A stretch of 64,000 nt of DNA from Saprospiraceae bacterium (GTDB taxonomy: Bacteria > Bacteroidota > Bacteroidia > Chitinophagales > Saprospiraceae): the NCBI GenBank assembly GCA_965249735.1, contig CBDFMS010000018.1:41893-105892 (forward strand). Direction: 5' to 3'. Both the position numbers and the translations under genes were made by a program. The notes beneath the pieces are model-generated. The model made no database searches and was not told where the DNA came from. It worked only from the letters and a program-made list of their open reading frames with translations. Below are positions 55,432 through 64,000 of this stretch, in pieces (positions within the stretch are counted from its first letter, which is position 1; each line of letters opens with the position of its first letter).

Positions 55432-56334
55432 ATGAGAAATTTTATTTACAATATTCTACCTTTCATTTCATTGATTGTCATATTTAATTTCATTATTTTT
55501 TTGTTCGCCGAAATTAATTACTACTCCGACTATCGAATTACACCAGATCCTGCTTTTAATTCTTTTCTTTTCTCAGACTCTCATGGTTTACCGTTGGATA
55601 CACATACTCAGGAATTCGGAATTTACAATTTTTCTGCCGGCAGTGAATCCTATGTTGATATTAAACGAAAACTAAACTGGCTAATTGAGCATAATTATAA
55701 TATTGATGACGCGTACATTACCGCTGATGATCATACCTTGAGCTCGTATCGTGATCGTGGCAACAACAACGATAGGAGTGTTTTTTATGTATCAACATTA
55801 GACCAAGAGAGTCCCTACGACTATATTACAAATAGATATATCACGTATTTCGCGACGATTTTCCAACCAAAAGTTCAGTCTGTTTTTAAATCATATTTGG
55901 CCGCTAAGATCAAATCAATTTTCAATCCAACAACATCGAAGCACGAATCTGCTGAAAGATGGGAAGCGCTTTCCGCCAAAGAGAAAAATAAGAAATCTGA
56001 ATTGAGAAAAAACAGCCAATTTCCATCTAAGGGCAAAAGTAATAAATTAAAAAAAGCCTTGCTGGATATTATTGCTTTGAGTAAAAAACATAATTTTAGC
56101 TTAATTGGAATAAAGTATCCTTTGTCAAACACGTACATTGATGCAGTGAATGGATTGGGTTATGGCGCTGACGAGATATTATTGAATCATGGAATACCAG
56201 TTTTAGACTACAAGAAACTATATACCAACAATATCGAATATTTTTCTGACCAAGATCATTTAAATGCGCTTGGGGGGAAGCTATTTGCAAGAGAATTATT
56301 CAATAACTCAAGTAAGACGCGAGGCACGCGGTAA
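55432..56334 (+). CDS. SGNH/DltD-like partner of the MBOAT acyltransferase
   Basis: 300 aa with an N-terminal TM segment. FSDSHG (block I-like) and DQDHLN (block V DxxH-like). Lies immediately downstream of the MBOAT gene. Confidence 0.5.
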   Translation: MRNFIYNILPFISLIVIFNFIIFLFAEINYYSDYRITPDPAFNSFLFSDSHGLPLDTHTQEFGIYNFSAGSESYVDIKRKLNWLIEHNYNIDDAYITADDHTLSSYRDRGNNNDRSVFYVSTLDQESPYDYITNRYITYFATIFQPKVQSVFKSYLAAKIKSIFNPTTSKHESAERWEALSAKEKNKKSELRKNSQFPSKGKSNKLKKALLDIIALSKKHNFSLIGIKYPLSNTYIDAVNGLGYGADEILLNHGIPVLDYKKLYTNNIEYFSDQDHLNALGGKLFARELFNNSSKTRGTR

Positions 56335-56572
56335 TTATTTTTAAGACCAACAATAACTACAAGGTAACTTTTTTTAAAATTTTCATGATAAGTATTGTTT
56401 AGCACTCACAGAGCTTCGATTCTATAGGTTTTGTTGTAAACACCCAACCTGAAATGAAAAATACGACAAGTACTTTTTTATTATCTTGTGCAAAATTCAA
56501 AATCCTGATTGTTTCCCAACTGCCTTATGACTCGACTGACACTTAAACACGTAGTATTGCTCTATTCCAATT

Positions 56573-56854
56573 ATGAAAAAAATATTGAATCGAAGTAATC
56601 GAATTGCAGATGGCGCTGGACATAAAGTTTTGTCTACTATCGACCCAGCTACTAAAAATGCCGACGATGTTTCGTACGAGTACAAAGCTCAAACGGGTGA
56701 TTTTGATTATGAGAAGTATAAGGCCATCCAGGTGCGAAGAAACGAGATTAAGCCTGATGAGATAAGGGCGCTGGAAGATAATATTAAGTTCGTATCGGAA
56801 TCCATAAAAGCACATAGCGGTAATGTTGAAATTGGACTTTGCTATGAAACTTAA
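56573..56854 (+). pseudogene. Probable truncated methyltransferase N-terminal fragment
   Basis: 93 aa ending ...VEIGLCYET*. After the stop the same frame continues EGKEQ... (the stop sits where GLCHGTRRGKEQ-type methyltransferases carry an Arg codon), ending at a second stop about 17 codons later. Confidence 0.3.
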
Positions 56855-56984
56855 GGAGGGAAAGAACAGGTTTCAGCTGCAACAAGTCATAAAAGTCAAG
56901 AATACTTATAATTTTGATTATTGTAAAACGACAGAGATAATTCACCTCCTATTTTTAATTTAGAAGCCATCTTAATTTTAAAAC

Positions 56985-58010
56985 ATGTCTGAAATCGTGG
57001 TCAATCTGGATGAAGTTAATCAAAGCTTGGAGGACACACTCAAGAAACTGGCTTTTGTGCAACATTGTGTTCAAAATCAAAAGTTTGAACCACTCCTAAA
57101 TATAGGTCCTTATCATTTTGATTTGGAAGAAAGAGACATGGGGTCCGATATGCCGCCTCAAGAAGATATTATTCTCAGCACCTATTTCAGTTCTTACCCA
57201 GACCCACAACGAGGAAATCATATCGACGAGAATGACTTCGACTATATTAAACCACTGTATCAAAGTGTGTTCGATCTAGGACTCGGATGTATTATTTTCT
57301 ATGACAATTTGAGTCAAGAATTCGTAGATCATTACTCAACTGACAACATTAAATTCATCAATGTGACTCTCGGTAATTTATCATTAAATGACGAACGCAA
57401 TTTAATTTATTACGCGTATATATTAACACACGCGACAAAAATAAAAAATGTTCTAATGGTCGATGTTTCAGATGTATATATTTTTAAAAATCCATTTGAT
57501 TTGGTCAGAAACCACGACAACACACTTTTTTTAGGCAGAAGTAATTTAGAATTAGTTAAAGACTCCTATGTAAATTATACTAGATCGCAGAAATTTGGAA
57601 AAGATGCAGGAATTCAAATTCCATCGCAATACTTCAGCATGAGGTTATTCAATGCTGGAACGATAGGAGGATCTATCCACGTGGTGCTATACCTCCTAAG
57701 GCAAATGACCTATTTCTTCAAATGCTATAGCACTAATCGAAATCACAATATGACAGTACTAAATTACTGTGTGTTTCTTTATTTTCAAGAATCTCAAACG
57801 CTAAACAAGGTATATTTCCTCCGACTGAGACAGTTTTTATTAAAAATTGCCTCCTTAGTACACGCTAAAATGAATTTGAATATTCTACCTGCCTCATATC
57901 AATGTAAAAATGAGAATTACTCCAATGGAGTTGTGTTTGCTGGCTTTCCTTTCACAAGTAAATTCAAGAAATACGAAATGGATAGCAAAGCATATCTTAT
58001 TCATAAATAA
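56985..58010 (+). CDS. Hypothetical protein in the polysaccharide locus (possible nucleotide-sugar transferase)
   Basis: 341-aa ORF. No firm motif; context only. Confidence 0.35.
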   Translation: MSEIVVNLDEVNQSLEDTLKKLAFVQHCVQNQKFEPLLNIGPYHFDLEERDMGSDMPPQEDIILSTYFSSYPDPQRGNHIDENDFDYIKPLYQSVFDLGLGCIIFYDNLSQEFVDHYSTDNIKFINVTLGNLSLNDERNLIYYAYILTHATKIKNVLMVDVSDVYIFKNPFDLVRNHDNTLFLGRSNLELVKDSYVNYTRSQKFGKDAGIQIPSQYFSMRLFNAGTIGGSIHVVLYLLRQMTYFFKCYSTNRNHNMTVLNYCVFLYFQESQTLNKVYFLRLRQFLLKIASLVHAKMNLNILPASYQCKNENYSNGVVFAGFPFTSKFKKYEMDSKAYLIHK

Positions 58011-58159
58011 TTCTCTAGACAACATTTCTTCTACAAGACAAATAAAAGTGACGAGCGTATTCGAAGATAATTTAACTCCCTAAACAATCAATTTAATGTT
58101 GTATGCATTGATGAATTCCCATTCTAACATATCAGCAAATCGAATTATTACTTTTATGC

Positions 58160-58828
58160 TCACAAATACTTACCCCCCTCCCGAATACTCAAAGGTTGCA
58201 ATTTATGAGAACTTATAAACTTGCTGACCCATTCAGGATCAATCTTTGAATGTTGTCGCAAGGCCCATCCGATGGCCTTGGCATGAAAAAATTCTTTGGA
58301 TTCTGTGTGAGCTTCTATTGCATCAGTCAAGATATCCAGCCGAATTTCAGCCTTGTATTTCAATTGAAATATAATAGCAGATCGGTTTAACCATAAATCA
58401 TCGGACGCGATCCATGGAAGAATTTCAGCTTTCATTACTAGTGGATAATTGAGCAACAGCGGCCCAACAATTCTGGCAGCCAGTGCATCTACTGTATCCC
58501 ACCACGATTTCGCCACAATCAGTTTTTCAAGAAATGGAATTGAATCGATCGTTAATAGTTTCCGTTGGCGATATAAAAACTCAATAGCCACATACTGATA
58601 TTCTCTTTCTTTGAAATCCCAAAGATCAGAAACTAGTTTTTGCAATTCTTCTTCGCCGGATAACTTCTGTTTCAAAAACGGTTTTGAAAGTTCAGCGCGA
58701 AGTGGTTTTTTAATACCTAAAAATGGAAATTTATTTTTCATGTAGGCCGCCAATTGGACTGCTTGCACCTCACTTTGATGCGCTTCAAATGTCAATTTTA
58801 TTTCACTTGCCAGATTCATTGATTTCAT
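58160..58828 (-). CDS. DNA alkylation repair protein (AlkD-like HEAT-repeat)
   Basis: 222 aa. AAYMKNKFPFLGIKKPLR ... WLNRSAIIFQLKYK ... EFFHAKAIGWALRQHSKIDPEWV. Confidence 0.75.
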   Translation of the reverse strand: MKSMNLASEIKLTFEAHQSEVQAVQLAAYMKNKFPFLGIKKPLRAELSKPFLKQKLSGEEELQKLVSDLWDFKEREYQYVAIEFLYRQRKLLTIDSIPFLEKLIVAKSWWDTVDALAARIVGPLLLNYPLVMKAEILPWIASDDLWLNRSAIIFQLKYKAEIRLDILTDAIEAHTESKEFFHAKAIGWALRQHSKIDPEWVSKFISSHKLQPLSIREGGKYL

Positions 58829-60107
58829 TTTCTTCTTTTCGGAAAGGATTAATTATTAATCGGAGCGATTGATCATAAGTTAAATAATTCCATGTCCAGT
58901 TCAAAAAGACAAACACCCGGTTTTTGGTTCCTATGAGTGCAAACAAGTGGACCACAAGCCAAATCAACCAGGCAAAGTATCCGCCAAGATGAAATCCGGG
59001 CAAGTCCGCCACGGCCTTATTTCTTCCCACTGTGGCCAACATGCCTTTATCTTTGTATTCAAAAGGAAGTAATTCTTTCTCTTCCTGCATTCGCTTTAGA
59101 TTCTTAGCGAGTAACCGACTTTGTTGAATGGCAGTCTGGGCCATTTGCGGGTCGCCGTAAGGCTTTTCCTCCGAACACATAATGCATTGATCACCAATTA
59201 CAAAAACATCACTGGCACCCTTCAGCCGATTGTAGCGATCCACATGAAGTCGACAACCCGAACCTTCAGCGGCATCAGGCAGCCCAGCAAGACGATTTGC
59301 CGTGATTCCGGCGGCCCAAATTACTTTACCTACTTCTATTTTCCTACCATCGCTCAAAGCCAATTCAATCCCATTAAATCCGATCACACGCGTATTTAAT
59401 TCAATCTGTACCTCCAGTTTCTCTAAATATTTGTAAGCCTTTTCACTTGATTTCTCACTCATACCAGGCAGCAATCTTGAATTGGCTTGAATTAAATAAA
59501 TATCGACCTCCTTGTAACTAAATTCCCGATATTCCTTTGGCAGTATAAATTTTCTCATTTCAGCCAGCGATCCTGATAATTCCACTCCTGTCGCACCACC
59601 TCCCACAATAGCAATATCAAGATATTGCTGTCGGTCTTCAACAGTTTCAGATTTTAGCGCGCGTTCGTAATCATTTAATATCTGATTTCGGAGATATAAG
59701 GCTTCAGAAGTGGACTTCAATATCATGGCCCGGTCCTCCATTTCCGACATGCCATAAAAATTGGTATCAGCCCCCATAGCCAGGATCAAATAGTCATACC
59801 AGATCGTCCCTTCATCCGTCTTCAATCGCTTATTATCACAATCAACTTCCAGCGCTCTGGCCACTCGTATGTGCACATGACCGGTATGTTGAAACAGCTT
59901 GCGCAAAGGAAACGATATACTACTGGGTTCTAATCCCGACATGGCCACCTGATAGAACAAGGGTTGGAATTGATGAAAATTGTGCTTGTCCAATAGAACG
60001 ATTTGAAAGTTGCTCTTTTTCAATCGTTGGGCAAGCTTCAAACCACCGAAACCACCACCGACGATGACGACTCTTTTTCGCGTTGAATTGGGTATATTTA
60101 GCGGCAT
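58803..60107 (-). CDS. ndh: Type II NADH dehydrogenase (NDH-2)
   Basis: 434 aa with two Rossmann motifs: VVIVGGGFGGL and IAIVGGGATGVELSG. Confidence 0.85.
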   Translation of the reverse strand: MPLNIPNSTRKRVVIVGGGFGGLKLAQRLKKSNFQIVLLDKHNFHQFQPLFYQVAMSGLEPSSISFPLRKLFQHTGHVHIRVARALEVDCDNKRLKTDEGTIWYDYLILAMGADTNFYGMSEMEDRAMILKSTSEALYLRNQILNDYERALKSETVEDRQQYLDIAIVGGGATGVELSGSLAEMRKFILPKEYREFSYKEVDIYLIQANSRLLPGMSEKSSEKAYKYLEKLEVQIELNTRVIGFNGIELALSDGRKIEVGKVIWAAGITANRLAGLPDAAEGSGCRLHVDRYNRLKGASDVFVIGDQCIMCSEEKPYGDPQMAQTAIQQSRLLAKNLKRMQEEKELLPFEYKDKGMLATVGRNKAVADLPGFHLGGYFAWLIWLVVHLFALIGTKNRVFVFLNWTWNYLTYDQSLRLIINPFRKEENEINESGK

Positions 60108-60145
60108 TTTATTCTATAATAATAAGCCATAAAAATAACAATGTC

Positions 60146-61393
60146 ATGTTGGAAAATTATCACAGCAAAGTTAGAGAAAGACTGATACGATATGCCATGA
60201 TCGACACGCAATCGGATATGCATTCGACCACCTATCCTTCTACTGAAAAACAGAAAAATCTCGGACGCTTACTCGCACAGGAATTACAGGAAATCGGCAT
60301 ACAGGATGTCGAGCTGGACGAGCACGGATTGATCTATGCTACCTTACCTTCGAATACTGACAAAGAGGTCTCCGTCCTATGTTTTTGCAGCCACATGGAC
60401 ACTTCCATGGACAGTCCCGGCGACGGCGTAAAACCTATCGTCCACGAAAATTATCAGGGTCAAGCCCTTCAATTGCCGGATGATGCCAGCATCGTAATCG
60501 ATCCCGCAAGTCATCCACACTTAAAAGACAAAATAGGCCATGACGTAATCACCGCATCAGGTACAACACTCTTGGGAGCTGACAACAAAGCCGGCATTGC
60601 CGCTATTATGGATGCTATGGAATACCTGATCAACAATCCACAAATAAAACATGGTAAAGTGCGTATTCTCTTTACTTGTGATGAAGAAATTGGTCGCGGC
60701 ACAGAAAAAGTAGACATTGCAAAATTGGCCGCTGACTATGGGTATACCATCGATGGTGAAATGGCCGGTTCGATGGAAAATGAAACCTTTTCCGCCGACC
60801 AGTTAACCGTTACATTCAATGGCGTTTCCTCGCACACAGGTTATGCCAAAGGCCATATGGTCAATGCTGTCAAGGTAGCAGCAGAATTTGTCGATTTCCT
60901 CCCAAAAATGGAATTAGCGCCTGAGGCCACAGACGGTAAAGAACCATTTGTTCATCCATTGGAAATATCCGGAAAACCGGAAGGCGCCCGAGTGATTTTT
61001 CTACTTCGTTCGTTTGAAACTTCCAAACTCGACGACGAAGCTGATCTCCTCGATCGTCTTGCAAAACGCGCCTGTGAACAATGGCCCGGATCCTCTTATA
61101 AAATTGAGCGGGTTGAACAGTACCGCAACATGAAGGACATCCTTGATCAACATCCTCAGGTGATCGATAATGCATTCCAGGCGATCAAACGCGCGGGCTA
61201 TGACCCATTACTCCGATCCATTCGCGGTGGAACCGACGGATCCAAACTCTCTGCCATGGGCCTTCCTTGCCCCAACATCTTCGCCGGGGAGCATGCCTTC
61301 CACAGTAAACAGGAGTGGGTAACGGTTCAGGACATGGAAAAATCAGCCGAGACCATCATCGAGATCTGTAAGATTTTCGAAGAGAAGAGCTAG
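60146..61393 (+). CDS. pepT: Peptidase T (tripeptide aminopeptidase, M20B)
   Basis: Track ORF 60083 trimmed to ATG 60146. SHMDT, GADNKAG and CDEEIGRG motifs. Confidence 0.85.
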   Translation: MLENYHSKVRERLIRYAMIDTQSDMHSTTYPSTEKQKNLGRLLAQELQEIGIQDVELDEHGLIYATLPSNTDKEVSVLCFCSHMDTSMDSPGDGVKPIVHENYQGQALQLPDDASIVIDPASHPHLKDKIGHDVITASGTTLLGADNKAGIAAIMDAMEYLINNPQIKHGKVRILFTCDEEIGRGTEKVDIAKLAADYGYTIDGEMAGSMENETFSADQLTVTFNGVSSHTGYAKGHMVNAVKVAAEFVDFLPKMELAPEATDGKEPFVHPLEISGKPEGARVIFLLRSFETSKLDDEADLLDRLAKRACEQWPGSSYKIERVEQYRNMKDILDQHPQVIDNAFQAIKRAGYDPLLRSIRGGTDGSKLSAMGLPCPNIFAGEHAFHSKQEWVTVQDMEKSAETIIEICKIFEEKS

Positions 61394-61396
61394 AAT

Positions 61397-61450
61397 ATGA
61401 GAAAGTGAGAACATTAGAGCTTGAGAGCATGAGAGGGTAAGAGTATAAGG
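61397..61450 (+). repeat. Purine-rich left arm (ATGAGAAAGTGAGAAC...) flanking the four-helix-bundle gene
   Basis: ATGAGAAAGTGAGAAC is the near reverse complement of the GTTCTCACATTCTCAT units at 61913-61976. Confidence 0.6.
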
Positions 61451-61483
61451 CTAGCTTGGGTATTGATATTGCATGATTGAATT

Positions 61484-61846
61484 ATGACGAACCAGGAATT
61501 CAATAAGATTTTTAGACGTAGGACTTTGGACTTCTCTATACGGGTATTCCATTTTATCGAAACGTTACCGGAATTAAAATCAACAAGAGTTATTTCATAT
61601 CAACTTGGTAAAAGTGCATCTTCCGTTGGAGCAAATTTTAGGGCATTTTGTCGAGGACGTTCTTACAAGGAGAAGTACGCAAAAATCTGCATCGTTGTGG
61701 AAGAAGCAGATGAAGTCGAATTTTGGTTACTCAATTTGAAGGAATTGGGATTCGGTAATCGGACAGAGCTGGAATACCTGATGAATGAAGCTGTGGAACT
61801 AATAAAAATCACTTCTAAAATAAAGGCCAATATCAACAAACTGTAA
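61484..61846 (+). CDS. Four-helix-bundle protein (23S rRNA intervening-sequence protein family, Avd-like)
   Basis: 120 aa. ...QLGKSASSVGANFRAF... and EEADEVEFWL are characteristic of this family. Confidence 0.75.
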   Translation: MTNQEFNKIFRRRTLDFSIRVFHFIETLPELKSTRVISYQLGKSASSVGANFRAFCRGRSYKEKYAKICIVVEEADEVEFWLLNLKELGFGNRTELEYLMNEAVELIKITSKIKANINKL

Positions 61847-61912
61847 CCCGAACTCACCTAAAGAACTCATATAATCTAGTGCTCTGATGTTCTCTCGTTC
61901 TAATGCTCTCGT

Positions 61913-61984
61913 GTTCTCACATTCTCATGTTCTCACATTCTCATGTTCTCACATTCTCATGTTCTCACATTCTCGAGTTCTCAC
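61913..61984 (+). repeat. Tandem repeat, 16-bp unit GTTCTCACATTCTCAT, about 4.5 copies
   Basis: Units at 61913, 61929, 61945 and 61961 (last base variant), then a partial unit at 61977. Confidence 0.9.
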
Positions 61985-62041
61985 GAAATCGAAACTTTTC
62001 GCCGTACCTTAGCGTTATAGAAATCTGCTCTTTGAAAAAAT

Positions 62042-62405
62042 GGGACTGAACTGGAATCGACAGGAATGACATCGGTTTAGTAAGCATGTCGGGGAATGAT
62101 CACTCACCTCGTTAACAAATGGTAATCAAACCATTAATTGGCAATTCTAACATTGCTTTGGCTGCCTAATCTAGGATTAGTTAAGCCTTTGTGCCTCTCT
62201 CTTGATGTCTGATATATAGAGATGGTGCACATTAACAAACTTCAGGCTAGATTCGTTGCCTTCCCGTCAACGCATTGAAATTTAGGGAAACCTTTCGGAG
62301 TAGGCCGCTTACCAGCCAATACCGGAAGTATTAAATGGTAAACTAAACATGTAGAAAGCTTTGCAGACCATTCTCTGGACCCGGGTTCAACTCCCGGCAG
62401 TTCCA
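62042..62405 (+). ncRNA. ssrA: tmRNA (ssrA)
   Basis: 5' GGGACTG pairs with 3' CAGTTCC followed by A. T-arm GGACCCGGGTTCAACTCCCGG. Internal tag frame GGC AAT TCT AAC ATT GCT TTG GCT GCC TAA encodes GNSNIALAA (62140-62169). Confidence 0.85.
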
Positions 62406-63207
62406 CATTTTTTCTTTTAAGTATCTGATAATCAAAGACCGATATACACAACTAATCAAATTGGACACACTTTTTGTGACAACTTGAATCAAACTGAGTC
62501 CAGATGAAACAACCTCATTGCAGCATCAACCTAGCCTCAGCAATTCCTTCATGAGTCTCATTTCTTTCCAATAGGACCATTTATAGAATGACTTTCTGGT
62601 AGCTTCAACAGGAAAAGTAGCCTTATTAGCCATTATCAAGGATGATGTTATCATCATTCAAATGTTCTATGGATTGACCCAATTATTCGGGCCTGGAATC
62701 AATGACTATTTTGAGTAATACGGCTGCATTGATAGTGCGTTCCCGCTTATTGGCATCCCTGAAGGTGGGGAATATCAACCGCTCACCGAAAAGCTATACG
62801 ATAGCCATTCAGAGGCGGTGAAGATGCCATACTCATCGGAAAAGACAGCAGTCTACATCTACGCCAATTGGGTCGTTGAAGTCGAGAAATCACGTTGAAT
62901 TAAGCGACGAAAACGTACATCATTTTCAATTATGATGTATGTCACCACATAAGTCATAGTCACTTAATAACTATGTAACCAGTGCTATAATTGAATCTCA
63001 AAATGAAAAAAGACTGCTGACATAAGCGATATACCCGGAACTTCTGTATTGAGTTCCGGATATACAGATGTTAGCACACATACGATAAAGAATTAGGAAT
63101 TAAAGCTAAAATTTCATAAAAGGAATGATAAATATAAGAATTGACTAAGAGTCTTTATGCGTTACAATATTTTATGAATTTATCATCAAAACCATATATA
63201 ATACGTC

Positions 63208-63672
63208 ATGAAAAAAATTACGATTACTACATTGCTGCTATTTATTGTATCTTTTGCTGTTCAGGCTCAAAAAAATTACTCTTTGGAAAGTCTTGAAAAA
63301 GCTTCAGCTGAAGAACTTAACACATACTTGAATAAAGCAATAAAACTTCAGAAATCGGGTAAAACTGTGAATATTGTGGGTTGTTCAATATTGGGAGCTA
63401 CAGCAGTTACTATCGGTGGCATTGCCATTGCAGATAAAGGAGATTGGGCTTTGGGAGCGGCAGCTATTGGATTCTTAGGTGGTCTTGCCGGAATAGGAAC
63501 ATTAGCTGTTGGAATTCCAATGAATATTACTGGTAAAAATAGAGTTAAAAGAGTTAAAAAAGTTCAAGAGACAGTATTCAATGATGCCGATATTGATTTG
63601 CAACCTTGTATTTATTATAATTTATTGACTCAAGACTATCAACCTGGAGCTGCGTTAAGAATTCGATTCTAA
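63208..63672 (+). CDS. Hypothetical membrane/secreted protein
   Basis: 154 aa with a signal-like N-terminus and Gly/Ala-rich hydrophobic segments. Confidence 0.45.
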   Translation: MKKITITTLLLFIVSFAVQAQKNYSLESLEKASAEELNTYLNKAIKLQKSGKTVNIVGCSILGATAVTIGGIAIADKGDWALGAAAIGFLGGLAGIGTLAVGIPMNITGKNRVKRVKKVQETVFNDADIDLQPCIYYNLLTQDYQPGAALRIRF

Positions 63673-63740
63673 AAGAGGTGTTTTTTTGAATCTTGGTTTT
63701 CTTGTATTACAGTTGCATTTATTTATTATAAAATTTCAAT

Positions 63741-64000
63741 TATGAAAAAGCATCTTTTTATTCTCTTAGTACTACTGTATCCATTAATTATATTAAGTCA
63801 AAATCTAGATGTTGAGGGTGGCATAATAGCCGACTCAATAGATGTAAGTTCAGGACTAATCAAGAATGTTGCAGATCCTGTATCTGCACAGGATGCAGTG
63901 ACAAAGACCTATGTAGAACAAATCTTACTCGACTTTGCATTGGCGACCATTGTAGACACAAGCAAGACTGTACAAGGACTTCTCGAAGTGGGTATCTTAC
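63741..64000 (+). CDS. Partial ORF (runs off the window): secreted protein with a tail-fibre-like N-terminal motif
   Basis: ATG at 63741 with a signal-like MKKHLFILLVLLYPLIILS. IKNVADPVSAQDAVTKTYVE resembles motifs at the start of tail-fibre-domain proteins. Confidence 0.4.

Noticed and set aside
61484-61846. Diversity-generating retroelement (Avd-like four-helix-bundle gene, with the repeat-containing tail fibre at 19065..21359 as possible target)
   Set aside because: No reverse transcriptase ORF exists anywhere in the window. I found no template/variable repeat pair differing at adenines. The fibre repeats are internal protein-module duplications.
61913-61984. Possible CRISPR array
   Set aside because: The 16-bp units are directly contiguous with no spacers. 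The unit is too short for a CRISPR repeat, and no cas genes are in the window.
62242-62451. 69-aa - strand ORF
   Set aside because: It lies within the tmRNA gene.

Overview
The window has two parts. (1) Positions 1 to about 36210 are a prophage whose left end lies outside the window. Almost all genes are on the + strand: two HTH proteins, a CHC2-Toprim-P-loop primase/helicase, an AT-rich block of about 20 small accessory ORFs, a holin with an M15 endolysin, unassigned virion genes, a tail fibre, prohead protease/scaffold, capsid, tube-like protein, tape measure, portal and large terminase. It ends in a tyrosine integrase (- strand) 135 bp from the 3' end of tRNA-Arg(ACG). (2) Positions 36.2-64 kb are AT-richer chromosome that looks Bacteroidota-like: pdhA, recF, a DUF721-like gene, and a surface-polysaccharide locus. 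That locus holds a GDP-heptose gene set with an HddC-GmhB fusion, glycosyltransferases, a flippase, methyltransferases and an MBOAT/SGNH O-acetylation pair. It shows decay: two genes each carry two frameshifts, there are truncated fragments, and a complete 2532-bp IS21-family element has a 6-bp target duplication. After it come an AlkD-like gene, ndh, pepT, a four-helix-bundle (23S-IVS/Avd-like) gene inside purine/pyrimidine-rich inverted arms with a 16-bp tandem repeat, ssrA (tmRNA, tag GNSNIALAA) and two hypothetical genes. I found no CRISPR array, rRNA, reverse transcriptase or recognisable defence operon. The best candidates for something undescribed are non-coding or orphan features of the prophage: a 143-nt, 70% G+C hairpin-dense island bracketed by a 19-nt direct repeat; a 0.97-kb repeat-laden spacer with a terminator-bounded mini-gene; a shared operator-like box upstream of two units; and an integrase-proximal orphan gene. 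The four-helix-bundle cassette next to ssrA is a further candidate. All functional calls rest on motifs read by eye, with no database search run.
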